From Minisyncoccota bacterium (GTDB taxonomy: Bacteria; Patescibacteriota; Microgenomatia; PFEM01; JAFGMK01), in the NCBI GenBank assembly GCA_016927565.1, contig JAFGMK010000008.1, positions 1,115-65,114 of the forward strand: 64,000 nucleotides of DNA, in the 5' to 3' direction. A program made the translations under genes and the position numbers. Within the stretch, counting starts at the first letter, position 1, and every line of letters starts with the position of its first letter. Shown here piece after piece: positions 1 to 8,649 of this stretch. The notes below the pieces were generated by a model. That model saw nothing but the letters and a program-made list of their open reading frames with translations. It was not told the DNA's origin and did not search any database.

Positions 1-1
1 T

Positions 2-172
2 TTCCAATTCTTCAACTAAAACATGATCAGCCAAGGAATCACTAAAACGATAAATTCTTCTCTTAGTCAAAGCAATTTGAGCTTCAAGCTTTTTTCTTTC
101 TTGTTCTTCTCTGCTTAAAAGTAAACCTGCCCCTTCCGGTAGACGGGTAGGTTGTTCTTTTTGCCCTGACAT
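2..172 (-). CDS. Hypothetical protein, 5' part only (runs off window edge); probable fifth gene of the operon
   Basis: ATG at 172 with purine-rich CAGGAACAAG upstream, 12 nt after the kinase stop; open frame MSGQKEQPTRLPEGAGLLLSREEQERKKLEAQIALTKRR... to the edge; not in the ORF track. Confidence 0.6.
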   Translation of the reverse strand, partial: MSGQKEQPTRLPEGAGLLLSREEQERKKLEAQIALTKRRIYRFSDSLADHVLVEELE

Positions 173-184
173 CTTGTTCCTGTC

Positions 185-955
185 CTACAAGATCTTTAAT
201 TGTCTTAATAATTCGTTATTTTGTTCGGTAAAAATCTTGATTGTATCTTTGCCTAAATTAGGATTATACCTTTGGGACATAATATTGGAATTAATCATCG
301 CCAAAGTAAAAGATTGAAGATAATTTTTAGTCTTGGCCGAGGAAATAGTTTCTACTAGGAAAATGTTTAAATATTTTTTTATGTCCAGAGAGTGCCATCG
401 CCTTTGATAAGTCAACAGTTGAGCTAAATCCGCTAGAAAAAAGGAGGGAACGACATAATCAAAATCAATTAAATAGACTTTCTTTTTTTGAAAAATCCAA
501 TTAGTTGGCTTAGCATCCTTAAAGACTGAACTTTTAAAATTCTTTTTTAATTTATCAATTAATTTTTTCAAAAGCTCTTTCTCTATCACCAGGGAATTAT
601 TTTTAGCGTAAAGAATAATGTTTTTAAAAACCTTTTCCGGATATTTTCTTGCTGCCTCTTGGCTTTGTCTGTCGCTAAAAGCCTTAAAAATCTTAGCCAA
701 TTCCCCAATGCACAAAACCAGCTTTTCTTTTTCAAGATGCTCTGTTTTTTCTCCTTGAATTTTTTCAAAGATAATTTGCCTCTTTGTTTTCTCTATATGT
801 TCTATTTTAGGGACATTAAAACCAGCTTTCTTAAAGATTGGAATATATTTAAGCTCAGTTTCAAAGCGTTTTAAGCTTATATACTTTTTAAGTAAGCAAG
901 GTTTGCGGTTGTAGGTAATTTCCCAAGTTAAATTAAGAGATTCGTCCATTTGCAT
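185..955 (-). CDS. APH/choline-kinase-like phosphotransferase
   Basis: Catalytic-loop-like FKDAKPTNW followed by YLIDFD, then FLADLAQLL; overlaps the upstream gene. Confidence 0.75.
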   Translation of the reverse strand: MQMDESLNLTWEITYNRKPCLLKKYISLKRFETELKYIPIFKKAGFNVPKIEHIEKTKRQIIFEKIQGEKTEHLEKEKLVLCIGELAKIFKAFSDRQSQEAARKYPEKVFKNIILYAKNNSLVIEKELLKKLIDKLKKNFKSSVFKDAKPTNWIFQKKKVYLIDFDYVVPSFFLADLAQLLTYQRRWHSLDIKKYLNIFLVETISSAKTKNYLQSFTLAMINSNIMSQRYNPNLGKDTIKIFTEQNNELLRQLKIL

Positions 956-2000
956 CTTTTACTTTTTTTAGCTGTTTAATAATCACTTCTACCTGTTTTT
1001 CAACGGAAAATATTTTTAGCATCTCGAGTTGTTTTTTTAAAATACTTTTTATTTCTTGGTTTACAAGGGAGGTTAACCAGTTAATCTTTTTAACAATGTT
1101 TTCACTTGACCCAACTACTAATTCCGGCAGGATTATTTTTTCTTTTTGGTAATATTCTTCCGGCACCAGGGGGAGACAAAGTCCCCATAAGCTTTCAAAA
1201 AGCCGCTGGGTATACTGGCCGGATTGATAATATCTATCGGGAGCAATTAGTATAGTTAAGAAAGAATTCAGATAGACAGAGCAGACTTTGTTATACCCAA
1301 TTCGTCCCATAAAATTTAAGTTTTTACACTTATCGGGAAAATTTTTCCATTTTCCGTAAATAAAAACGGTGGAGTTAAGTAATTTTGTTGAATCGATATA
1401 GTATTTCTTGAAAGTCTCATCACGTTCGTAACGATTGCCAATATAAACAAGTTTGTTTTTTTTATTTTCTTTTGAATATCTATCCAAACTTCTGATCGCC
1501 TTTTGGACTTTGTCGTCATCGACGGGAAACAAAAGCTTTACTCTTCCCGGCCTTGGTTTAAGAGCGGCTTCAAAGATAACAACATTTCCTGGGAAAATTT
1601 TTTTTTCTAGTTTCTGATCTTTATCCCAAATCAGAATCGGAATTCTTTGGGTTTGATAATGCTTTAATAATTCATTCTGTCTATCCAAATCAGGTGTATA
1701 TTCAGTGCTTTTTTTATCAACTTGACAGTTTCTGCCTGGAATTGGCCAGCGATACTCCAGGAATAAAGCGTCTATGTCGGGCAAGTCCTCTCGGAAGGAT
1801 AGATAAGAACTGGAAAAATCATCGCCTGCTTCAATCAGGTCACGATTTTTCTGAAGCATATATATCGAAAAATTCCGTTTGATTAGCTCTTTTAATAAAA
1901 CCAGCCGATGACTTCTGCCTCCGTCGGGCGTATCAACAACTCCTTTGCCCAAAAACCCCCAACAACTGTAGCCTAGCTTAATTTTTCTTGGAGACGACAT
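933..2000 (-). CDS. GT-B glycosyltransferase, T4 beta-glucosyltransferase/CgeB-like
   Basis: C-terminal half LVYIGNRYER...IYGKW...FMGRIGY...ILIAPDRYYQSGQYTQRLFESL...LVPEEY parallels the T4 BGT nucleotide-sugar domain as recalled; N-terminal GYSCWGFLGKGVVDTPDGGRSHR. Confidence 0.7.
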   Translation of the reverse strand: MSSPRKIKLGYSCWGFLGKGVVDTPDGGRSHRLVLLKELIKRNFSIYMLQKNRDLIEAGDDFSSSYLSFREDLPDIDALFLEYRWPIPGRNCQVDKKSTEYTPDLDRQNELLKHYQTQRIPILIWDKDQKLEKKIFPGNVVIFEAALKPRPGRVKLLFPVDDDKVQKAIRSLDRYSKENKKNKLVYIGNRYERDETFKKYYIDSTKLLNSTVFIYGKWKNFPDKCKNLNFMGRIGYNKVCSVYLNSFLTILIAPDRYYQSGQYTQRLFESLWGLCLPLVPEEYYQKEKIILPELVVGSSENIVKKINWLTSLVNQEIKSILKKQLEMLKIFSVEKQVEVIIKQLKKVKDANGRIS

Positions 2001-2796
2001 AAATAACCTCGATATATTTATCTATAAAAAGATCACATTTTTTAAGTTTGTTTTTCCATTTCACAAGATAAACTTCTTGAGCTTTTTCTTTTAAATTGGA
2101 AATTAAGTTATATCTTTTAGTGGATAGGATGTATCGCAAAAGATCTTTAAAATTATCAGTAATAATTTGCGTTTCCAAGATATAGCTTTTGACTGAAAAC
2201 GAAGTTGTTGGAAAATTTTTTAATAAAATTTTTCTGGCGTTTTCCAGGCAGAAATGTTCTTCGTCACGAACATTTTTAACACTGTTTGTTAATTCCATCT
2301 CTTTGATAATTTTTGAAAAAAGTGATTCTAATTTGGGAAAAGTAAATTTAGATTTAGTAGTAATTAAGATTTTTCCCTGTTGGTTTAAAGTCATTTTTAG
2401 CTGTTTAAAAAAGAGTTTAAGATCCTTAACGTGATAGAGCATATGCATACAAAAAATATAGTCAAATTTTTGAGCGTATTTTGGAAAATTAACACCATCA
2501 TACAAACCATAGTCCAAGAAGTTTAAAATTTTGCAGGAAGAATTTTCGCAGATGTCTAAAGCGTGAAAGCTGTTGTTTGGGTAGACCGAATAAAGCTTTT
2601 TTAAAAAAGAGCAGTTTCCGCAGCCAATATCTAAAATTTGTTTGTTTTTTAGTTCGGGAAGGATTTTTAATAGGATATCTCTGATTGAATACTTTCTGTT
2701 TGAGTACTTTTTTAAAAAATTCCCCCGGAACTTGATTAAATTTTGGCTGCGGTAAAGTTTTTTTAAGTTTTTCGGGTTTTGAAAATTAAAAGCCAT
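1978..2796 (-). CDS. Class I SAM-dependent methyltransferase
   Basis: ILDIGCGNC motif I, HALDI, FDYIFCMHMLYHV; start overlaps the upstream stop (TAATG). Confidence 0.85.
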   Translation of the reverse strand: MAFNFQNPKNLKKLYRSQNLIKFRGNFLKKYSNRKYSIRDILLKILPELKNKQILDIGCGNCSFLKKLYSVYPNNSFHALDICENSSCKILNFLDYGLYDGVNFPKYAQKFDYIFCMHMLYHVKDLKLFFKQLKMTLNQQGKILITTKSKFTFPKLESLFSKIIKEMELTNSVKNVRDEEHFCLENARKILLKNFPTTSFSVKSYILETQIITDNFKDLLRYILSTKRYNLISNLKEKAQEVYLVKWKNKLKKCDLFIDKYIEVIYVVSKKN

Positions 2797-4514
2797 TACT
2801 TTGATACCAGAATATTTTCATCGAGTAATAAATAATCTAAGCCGGAAGCGTAGAAAGTGGACAAAGCCTCCCTTGGGGTACGGCAAATAGGGTAGCCACG
2901 GAGATTAAAAGAAGTATTCAAAATAATCGGTATGCCCGTTATTTTGGCAAATGATTGAATGATGCTTTCAATAAAAGGATCTTCGTTCTTCTTTAGAATT
3001 TGGATTCTGCAAGTATTGTCAACGTGGGTCAACGCCCTCATTTTTGGCCTCCATTTTGGTTTTACCTTGTAGACAAAAGACATATATTTTCCCCCAATAT
3101 ACTCATTCTTATAATCGAGAACCCTTTTGACATCCTTATCAAGAATTATCCCGCCATAGGGTCTAAAATTTTCCCTATATTTGATGCAATTATTCAAATG
3201 GTCTTTCATTTGTTTTTTTTCGGGATTGGCAAGAATACTTCTGTGACCCAAGGCGCGGGGACCGCATTCCATTTCTCTTCTAAAAACAGCAATCACTTTT
3301 CCTTGGGCTAGTACTTTAGCGACAAATTCTGTGGGGTTATTTATTTCCCGATACTTAATTTGGTTATTTTTTAAAATGGTTTTAACTTCATTTTTGGAAA
3401 AATTTTCTCCCAAAAAAGCACTTTCTGTGAAATTAGGCAAACAATTGTTCACCTGATAGTAGAAATAAAGAGCTGAGCCCAAACTGCAGCCTGCATCGTT
3501 GGGAATAGGTGGTATAAAGATTTTCTTTTTGGGGAAGAGGTTACTTATTTTGCCGTTGGCAACACTGTTTTGGCCAACTCCTCCAGTTAAAACAACATTC
3601 TGATCTTTTATACTAGCTACTTGACGGCAGATAATTTTTTCAACTATGCGCTGGAGAGCATAAACTAAATCGTAATGTTGTTGTTTAAAACTTTCGTTGG
3701 ATTTTCGGAAGGGGCCAAATTTTTTTATAAATTCGTCTGTCAGCCTTTGCCCTTTTGGCTGAAAACTTCTTTCTAAAACCAGATTATCCTTTAATTTGAA
3801 TTTTCCGTTATCTAAAAATTCTACTGAATTAAGAAAATATTTCAGGTATCTTTCTTTCCCAAAACCCGCTAATGCCATTATTTTGCCATCATCACTTCCT
3901 CTTTTATAACCTAAGAGTTCAGTGATCGCTCCGTAAAGGTAGCCGATTGAATGTGGGTCTTTTTGTTCAAAGACTTTTTCTACTAATAATCTCTTTTTGC
4001 TTCTTGAAAATCTTAAGGCGAGACTGCAAATATCTTCGCCAACACTGTCATTAGAAATAACGACACAATTGTTAAAATTTGAGGCGTAATATCCATACCA
4101 AGCGTGAGCCAAGTGATGGTCAACCGGATGGATTTTTAAATGATCTTTTTTAAGAATTCTTTTAATTGAGCGGATTTTATTGGTAAAACTTAAAAGCCAT
4201 ACTAATTCGTAGTAAAATCTTTTTCTTTTAAATACGGAGGGATCTTTTAGCCAAAAAAGAGGGTTACTATGTTTAAGATAGCTTTTGAAACAACGGAGTG
4301 GGTTAAAATAAAAAGTGACATCGGTTATATCCTGGCTTGATATTTTCCCTTTTTGAAGGCAATAGTTAATTGCTCCCGTTGGAAAGTTGCCAGTGTGTTT
4401 TACATGATTAAATCTTTCTTCTTCAGAGAAAGCAACAATTTTATCGTTTAATATCAGGCAGGCGGAGGCATCATGATTAAAGGCGGTTATTCCTAAAATT
4501 ACTTTTTTGCTCAT
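2796..4514 (-). CDS. NodU/CmcH/TobZ-family O-carbamoyltransferase
   Basis: HDASAC, EEERFNHVKH, HHLAHA, GKIMALAGFG, NDAGCSLG, GPRALGHRSILA, KYRENFRPY, THVDNTCRIQ, LNTSFN motifs. Confidence 0.95.
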   Translation of the reverse strand: MSKKVILGITAFNHDASACLILNDKIVAFSEEERFNHVKHTGNFPTGAINYCLQKGKISSQDITDVTFYFNPLRCFKSYLKHSNPLFWLKDPSVFKRKRFYYELVWLLSFTNKIRSIKRILKKDHLKIHPVDHHLAHAWYGYYASNFNNCVVISNDSVGEDICSLALRFSRSKKRLLVEKVFEQKDPHSIGYLYGAITELLGYKRGSDDGKIMALAGFGKERYLKYFLNSVEFLDNGKFKLKDNLVLERSFQPKGQRLTDEFIKKFGPFRKSNESFKQQHYDLVYALQRIVEKIICRQVASIKDQNVVLTGGVGQNSVANGKISNLFPKKKIFIPPIPNDAGCSLGSALYFYYQVNNCLPNFTESAFLGENFSKNEVKTILKNNQIKYREINNPTEFVAKVLAQGKVIAVFRREMECGPRALGHRSILANPEKKQMKDHLNNCIKYRENFRPYGGIILDKDVKRVLDYKNEYIGGKYMSFVYKVKPKWRPKMRALTHVDNTCRIQILKKNEDPFIESIIQSFAKITGIPIILNTSFNLRGYPICRTPREALSTFYASGLDYLLLDENILVSK

Positions 4515-4557
4515 AAAAATATAGATTTATTTTAGGTTGGTTTCCCAAAATTGTTTT

Positions 4558-4566
4558 ATTATATCA
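4558..4566 (-). promoter_or_regulatory. Extended -10 element (TGaTATAAT) for the carbamoyltransferase operon
   Basis: Reverse strand reads TGATATAAT about 45 nt upstream of the ATG at 4514. Confidence 0.5.
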
Positions 4567-4601
4567 TTGGTTAGTTATTTTTGGCCGAGTTTGAAATGGA
4601 T

Positions 4602-5048
4602 ATGAAATTAAAATATCCCTATTTACCCAGGGGGAGAAAAATTTTATACGCTTCGGCCGATAATCCTTTTATGAAGGAAGCGACTGAAGTGAAGAAAAGT
4701 TGCCCCTGTCTCAAGCAGCCTTCTGGTGCTGTTGTGGTCAAAGATGGGAAGATTATTGGTCAGGGTAAAAATGCTACTAGAAAAGTAGAAGTTTGCCCCA
4801 GGAATAAACAAGGATATGGTACAGGTAAGGGATATCATCTTTGCCGGGAAATTTGTGGCCAAGAAGCTCACACTGAAATAGCAGCCATAAAAGATGCTCA
4901 AAGACAAGGTTTTGACACAAGGGGTGCTGATCTTTATTTAGATGGTCATTGGTGTTGTTGTAAGAATTGCTGGGACGTGATGATTGGAGCAGGGATAAGA
5001 AATGTTTATTTAAGGAAAAATGCTCATTTCTTGTACAGGAAATCTTAA
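4602..5048 (+). CDS. dCMP/cytidine deaminase-family zinc protein
   Basis: GAVVVKDGKIIGQG, AHTE (HxE), CCCKNC (CxxC), AGIRNVY; alternative starts at 4581/4596. Confidence 0.85.
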   Translation: MKLKYPYLPRGRKILYASADNPFMKEATEVKKSCPCLKQPSGAVVVKDGKIIGQGKNATRKVEVCPRNKQGYGTGKGYHLCREICGQEAHTEIAAIKDAQRQGFDTRGADLYLDGHWCCCKNCWDVMIGAGIRNVYLRKNAHFLYRKS

Positions 5049-5184
5049 GTATATCAAACTATATCAGCCTAAAAATAAGACACTCATTTTTTTATACTGT
5101 CTCATTTGTCTCACTTCGCTTCGCTCAGTGTAAACATTTACGCTTGAGTTATAATGACTAAAAGGTTCAAGACCACGCTGCTCA
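5049..5184 (+). repeat. Repeat A copy 1 (upstream of GNAT-1)
   Basis: Aligns with 13702-13861: GTATATCAAAxTATATCA...CATTTGTCTCACTTCG(A)CTTCGCTCAGTGT...TGAGTTATAATGACTAAAAGGT...CTGCTCA. Confidence 0.85.
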
Positions 5185-5228
5185 GCACACCTTCGGATTT
5201 CTTTGGAATTTTGCTACAATTTTTATAT

Positions 5229-5744
5229 ATGATATCGATCCGACAAGAAAAACCAGAGGATTATCAAAGTATTTATAGTATCAACAAGTTTGCGTTTGAT
5301 AGTGAAGTTGAGGCAAAATTAGTCAATAATCTGCGTAAAACTAAAGGGTTTATTCCTAATCTTTCTCTAGTTGCTGTAAAAGATAGTAGGGTAGTTGGTC
5401 ATATCTTATTTAGTGTTATCCATATTCAAACGGATACTAATTATGTTCCAGCTTTAGCCCTGGCACCAATGGCAGTATTACCAGAATACCAAAGACAAGG
5501 AATCGGGTCACAGCTTATTCGTGAGGGTATAAAAAAATGCAAAGAATTAGGGCATAAAATAATTATTATTGTTGGACACCCCAATTATTACCCCCGTTTT
5601 GGATTTTCTCCTGCAGTTGAAAAAGGATTGAAACTACCTTTTGAAGCACCAGAGGAAGCATTTATGGTGTATGAGATTATTCCTCAAGCGCTTAAAGACA
5701 TAACAGGGATGGTGGTATATCCACCTGAATTTGCGGAAGTATAG
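5229..5744 (+). CDS. GNAT N-acetyltransferase (YhbS-like)
   Basis: VVGHILFS, LALAPMAVLPEYQRQGIGSQLI, VGHPNYYPRFGF; likely start ATG 5229. Confidence 0.9.
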   Translation: MISIRQEKPEDYQSIYSINKFAFDSEVEAKLVNNLRKTKGFIPNLSLVAVKDSRVVGHILFSVIHIQTDTNYVPALALAPMAVLPEYQRQGIGSQLIREGIKKCKELGHKIIIIVGHPNYYPRFGFSPAVEKGLKLPFEAPEEAFMVYEIIPQALKDITGMVVYPPEFAEV

Positions 5745-5749
5745 CTTAT

Positions 5750-5783
5750 AAAATAAGTTCGAATAGCGTCTATGTTTGCCAGC
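5750..5783 (+). repeat. Repeat B copy 1 (downstream of GNAT-1)
   Basis: AAAATAAGTTCGAATAGCGTCTATGTTTGCCAGC matches 14486-14519. Confidence 0.7.
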
Positions 5784-5866
5784 GCGATCTTTGAGGTTCT
5801 GGGCAACCGAGGTTTCTAAGTAGCTTGATTTAGCTTGTAAGAAGCAATTGTTCTTTTAAGCGTTTT

Positions 5867-6325
5867 TTGAATCAAATGGTTTTTAAAGTTGAAATCACAG
5901 CCAATGAAGTAGCTTGGTATGGTGCAATAGTTGCAACTGTTAGTATGGCTGTTTCTTTGCTCAATCATCTTCGTGATAAAGCAACAATAAAATTAAAGGT
6001 ATCTAAAGTCTTCTTTGCTTATCGTAGTGGCCTAGATAAAAGTCTTAAATTAATGGCAAAAGCAGTCAACACGGGCAGAAGACCTATTACCATTACAAGC
6101 GTAGGATTTTCCCTATCTAATAAAAGAGATATTGTTATAACTAACGATAATATTATTCCCAATTTACCTGCTAAATTAGCTGAAGGCGAACAGCTTCAAT
6201 TTTGGGTAGAAGAAAATAAATTACTATCTCTTTTAAAAAAGAGTAAAACTGAGTTGAATTGTGCATGGTGTCAAGATGCTGCTGGTAAATTATATAAAAA
6301 GAAATATAGGATTAAACCTGAATAG
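5867..6325 (+). CDS. Hypothetical protein with N-terminal membrane anchor
   Basis: VAWYGAIVATVSMAVSLL TM segment, then a soluble beta-rich part (VNTGRRPITITSVGF). Confidence 0.7.
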   Translation: MNQMVFKVEITANEVAWYGAIVATVSMAVSLLNHLRDKATIKLKVSKVFFAYRSGLDKSLKLMAKAVNTGRRPITITSVGFSLSNKRDIVITNDNIIPNLPAKLAEGEQLQFWVEENKLLSLLKKSKTELNCAWCQDAAGKLYKKKYRIKPE

Positions 6326-6337
6326 ATTTTAAGAGCC

Positions 6338-6813
6338 ACAACCTTCAAGGTACTTTTTCCCTTTGTACCTCGGTATAAAGTCTACTAGAATGGATATGTG
6401 CCCGGCAGAAAAACGATTATAGCAACTGGTCAAATTTATCATCTCTTTAATCGCGGTAGTTCTTTTCAACCAGTTTTTTAAATGTTTTTGATTGCCGCCG
6501 CTTTTTAAAAACGATTAATTTTTACCGTTTTTCTTCTCGCTCAATTAAAAAAGAAAGAACTAATTTCAATCTTTTCTTTCTGTTTAATGCCTAACCATTA
6601 TCATCTCCCGGTCAGACAAGAAAAAGAAAACGCTATTTCAAAATTTATGTCTCAAGTCCAAAATAGCGATACTAAATATTCAATATTAAGAGAAAAAAAT
6701 AAAAAAGACTATCAAGAATTCATTTTTAATCAGGCAGACTATCAACGAAAATTAGAAAAGATTAAACACTTAACTTGGGAAAACTAAACCCCAAGGTATA
6801 CCCTGAAGGTTGT
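6338..6813. mobile_element. Decayed Y1/RAYT-like element with imperfect inverted ends
   Basis: ACAACCTTCAAGGTA (6338-6352) vs TACCCTGAAGGTTGT (6799-6813), 14/15 inverted match, flanking the transposase remnant. Confidence 0.6.
6398..6787 (+). pseudogene. REP-associated/IS200-like Y1 tyrosine transposase pseudogene
   Basis: GTG start MPGRKTIIATGQIYHLFNRG and later MPNHYHL (HUH); stops, frameshifts and internal deletions. Confidence 0.8.
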
Positions 6814-6870
6814 ATCTAAGGTTATATCTATCCGGGTCAGGTAGCTTTTGATAATATTGCTATAGAGTAA

Positions 6871-7578
6871 ATGAAATCAAAAATTTATATAGGCAGAGAC
6901 CAAAAGAATGATAAAGTGTTTTTGGATCTAAACAAGGAAAAAATTTATAGCATTCTCCTTGCGGGTCTGTCCGGTTCCGGAAAAAGCATCTTTCACTTTA
7001 GCCTTTATCACCAGCTTCTTCAACAAAATACTCCAGTTGAGCTTGGCTTTGTGTTCTTTGATATGACTAAAGTAGATTTTGCTAAGTTTCCCTATCCAGC
7101 CTATTTGTATAAACCTATAATTAAGTCTTTAGATGAAGCTTTAGATTGTTTTGAAGAGCTTGGAAAAGAAAGTAAGCTGCGGTGTCAAGGCAAGGTCGAC
7201 CGCCGAAGATCCATTCTAATCCACATCGAAGAGTGTGATCTAATGTATTATGACCGAAAACGGTTTGAGCAGGCTTGGATTGATATTGCCTCTGGTAAAG
7301 ATAAAAACAACATCTATGTAGTATTTTCTTCCAGTCGCTGCTGCCCTGAGGTCTTCACCAGAACTATTCTTAATAATGTAGACCTTAAGATACTTTTTTC
7401 TCCTGGAGGGTCAGGTTTTGATAAGTCTTTATACGACGAATGTTCGCTTTATTTGTTTAGTAAGAGATTTAAAAATACCCCTAGAGAGTGGCAAAGAGTG
7501 TTGATGACAGATCAGAGAGAAATTTTGTGCCAAGGTTATTCGGAAGAAGAAGTTAAGGAAGTTAAAAGCATATTTTAA
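6871..7578 (+). CDS. Single-domain FtsK/SpoIIIE-like P-loop ATPase
   Basis: IYIGRD...VFLDL, ILLAGLSGSGKS Walker A, FDMTKVDF, ILIHIEEC Walker-B-like. Confidence 0.75.
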   Translation: MKSKIYIGRDQKNDKVFLDLNKEKIYSILLAGLSGSGKSIFHFSLYHQLLQQNTPVELGFVFFDMTKVDFAKFPYPAYLYKPIIKSLDEALDCFEELGKESKLRCQGKVDRRRSILIHIEECDLMYYDRKRFEQAWIDIASGKDKNNIYVVFSSSRCCPEVFTRTILNNVDLKILFSPGGSGFDKSLYDECSLYLFSKRFKNTPREWQRVLMTDQREILCQGYSEEEVKEVKSIF

Positions 7579-7671
7579 ATTGAAAGAGGTAGAAATTTAA
7601 GGAAAAAAGTAAGAAAAGATGCAAAATAGAAAATCAACAAATTTATCTTTAAGTCAGTCTGGAGTATAAAA

Positions 7672-8619
7672 ATGGGATTTCTTGGTAATTTTTTCGGACC
7701 GGATATAAAAAAACTCTTAGAAGACGAACAGTACGAGAAAATCAGGAAACTTGCTCTTAAAGACGAAAGAGTCGTGCCTCGGCTTATTGCTCAACTGGAA
7801 TCAAAAAACTCACAAATGGTAGCGCGAGCGGCCAACCTTTTGGGAGAGATAAATGACCCAAGAGCCCTGCCGGCACTGGATCGTGTGGTTGGAGAAAAAA
7901 GCATTGATGATACGCATGTGTCGGCCACACTAGGGAGAATGAGCCTCTCTCTTCCTGGCTCTTTTCCGCAATATTCGGCCAGGAAGTATATTGATAAAGC
8001 AGCTTTCGCTGCAGCCAAGAAGGCACTTTCTAAAATAATTCACGGTGATGAAAAACCTTTAGTTCTTGCGTTGAAAGATAAAAATACAGCGGTTAGGGCA
8101 AAAGCGGCAGAAGCATTAGGTACTAGTCATCCTAGCGAGTATGCAATTCAACCTCTAATTGCTGTTTCAAACCAAGACGGAGATTTGCGTGTCCGAAGAA
8201 AAGCAAGATTGGCCCTAATGAAAATAGGCAAGCCGGCAGTTCAGTTTTTGGTTATTGCCTTAGGAGACAAGAATCCACTCTATAGAAGACAAACGGCATG
8301 GACTTTATACTGGTTGTGGGATCGGCATAAGGTTGAACGGGCAGCTGAAGCATTTCTTGAAGCTTTGGATAAAAAAGATATCTCAGTGGTAGCCGGGGCT
8401 TATGGTTTTTTTATCTTGCGAGGTGAAGTTGGCACAGAACCTATCCTTATTAAGGCTCTTGAAAACCACGGGCATCCGGAGATGGCTGAGCATTTCATAA
8501 ATTGTGGGAATACTCAATTAGAAGAAGCTGGAGAAAATTGGTCTGCCAGTCATGGTTTTCAGGTTAGATCTTCTCATTTTGGCGGAGGTCCCAAGTGGGG
8601 AGCCGGAAGAGAAGAGTAA
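7672..8619 (+). CDS. PBS-lyase/HEAT-repeat protein
   Basis: Repeats such as ARAANLLGEINDPRALPAL, VRAKAAEALG, VRRKARLALMKIG. Confidence 0.85.
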   Translation: MGFLGNFFGPDIKKLLEDEQYEKIRKLALKDERVVPRLIAQLESKNSQMVARAANLLGEINDPRALPALDRVVGEKSIDDTHVSATLGRMSLSLPGSFPQYSARKYIDKAAFAAAKKALSKIIHGDEKPLVLALKDKNTAVRAKAAEALGTSHPSEYAIQPLIAVSNQDGDLRVRRKARLALMKIGKPAVQFLVIALGDKNPLYRRQTAWTLYWLWDRHKVERAAEAFLEALDKKDISVVAGAYGFFILRGEVGTEPILIKALENHGHPEMAEHFINCGNTQLEEAGENWSASHGFQVRSSHFGGGPKWGAGREE

Positions 8620-8649
8620 GCACAAAGCAGTAATTTAGTTTATTCTCTA

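Noticed and set aside
6871-7578. Prophage, conjugation or type VII secretion inferred from the FtsK-like ATPase
   Set aside because: No structural phage genes, relaxase, VirB4 or WXG100 proteins nearby
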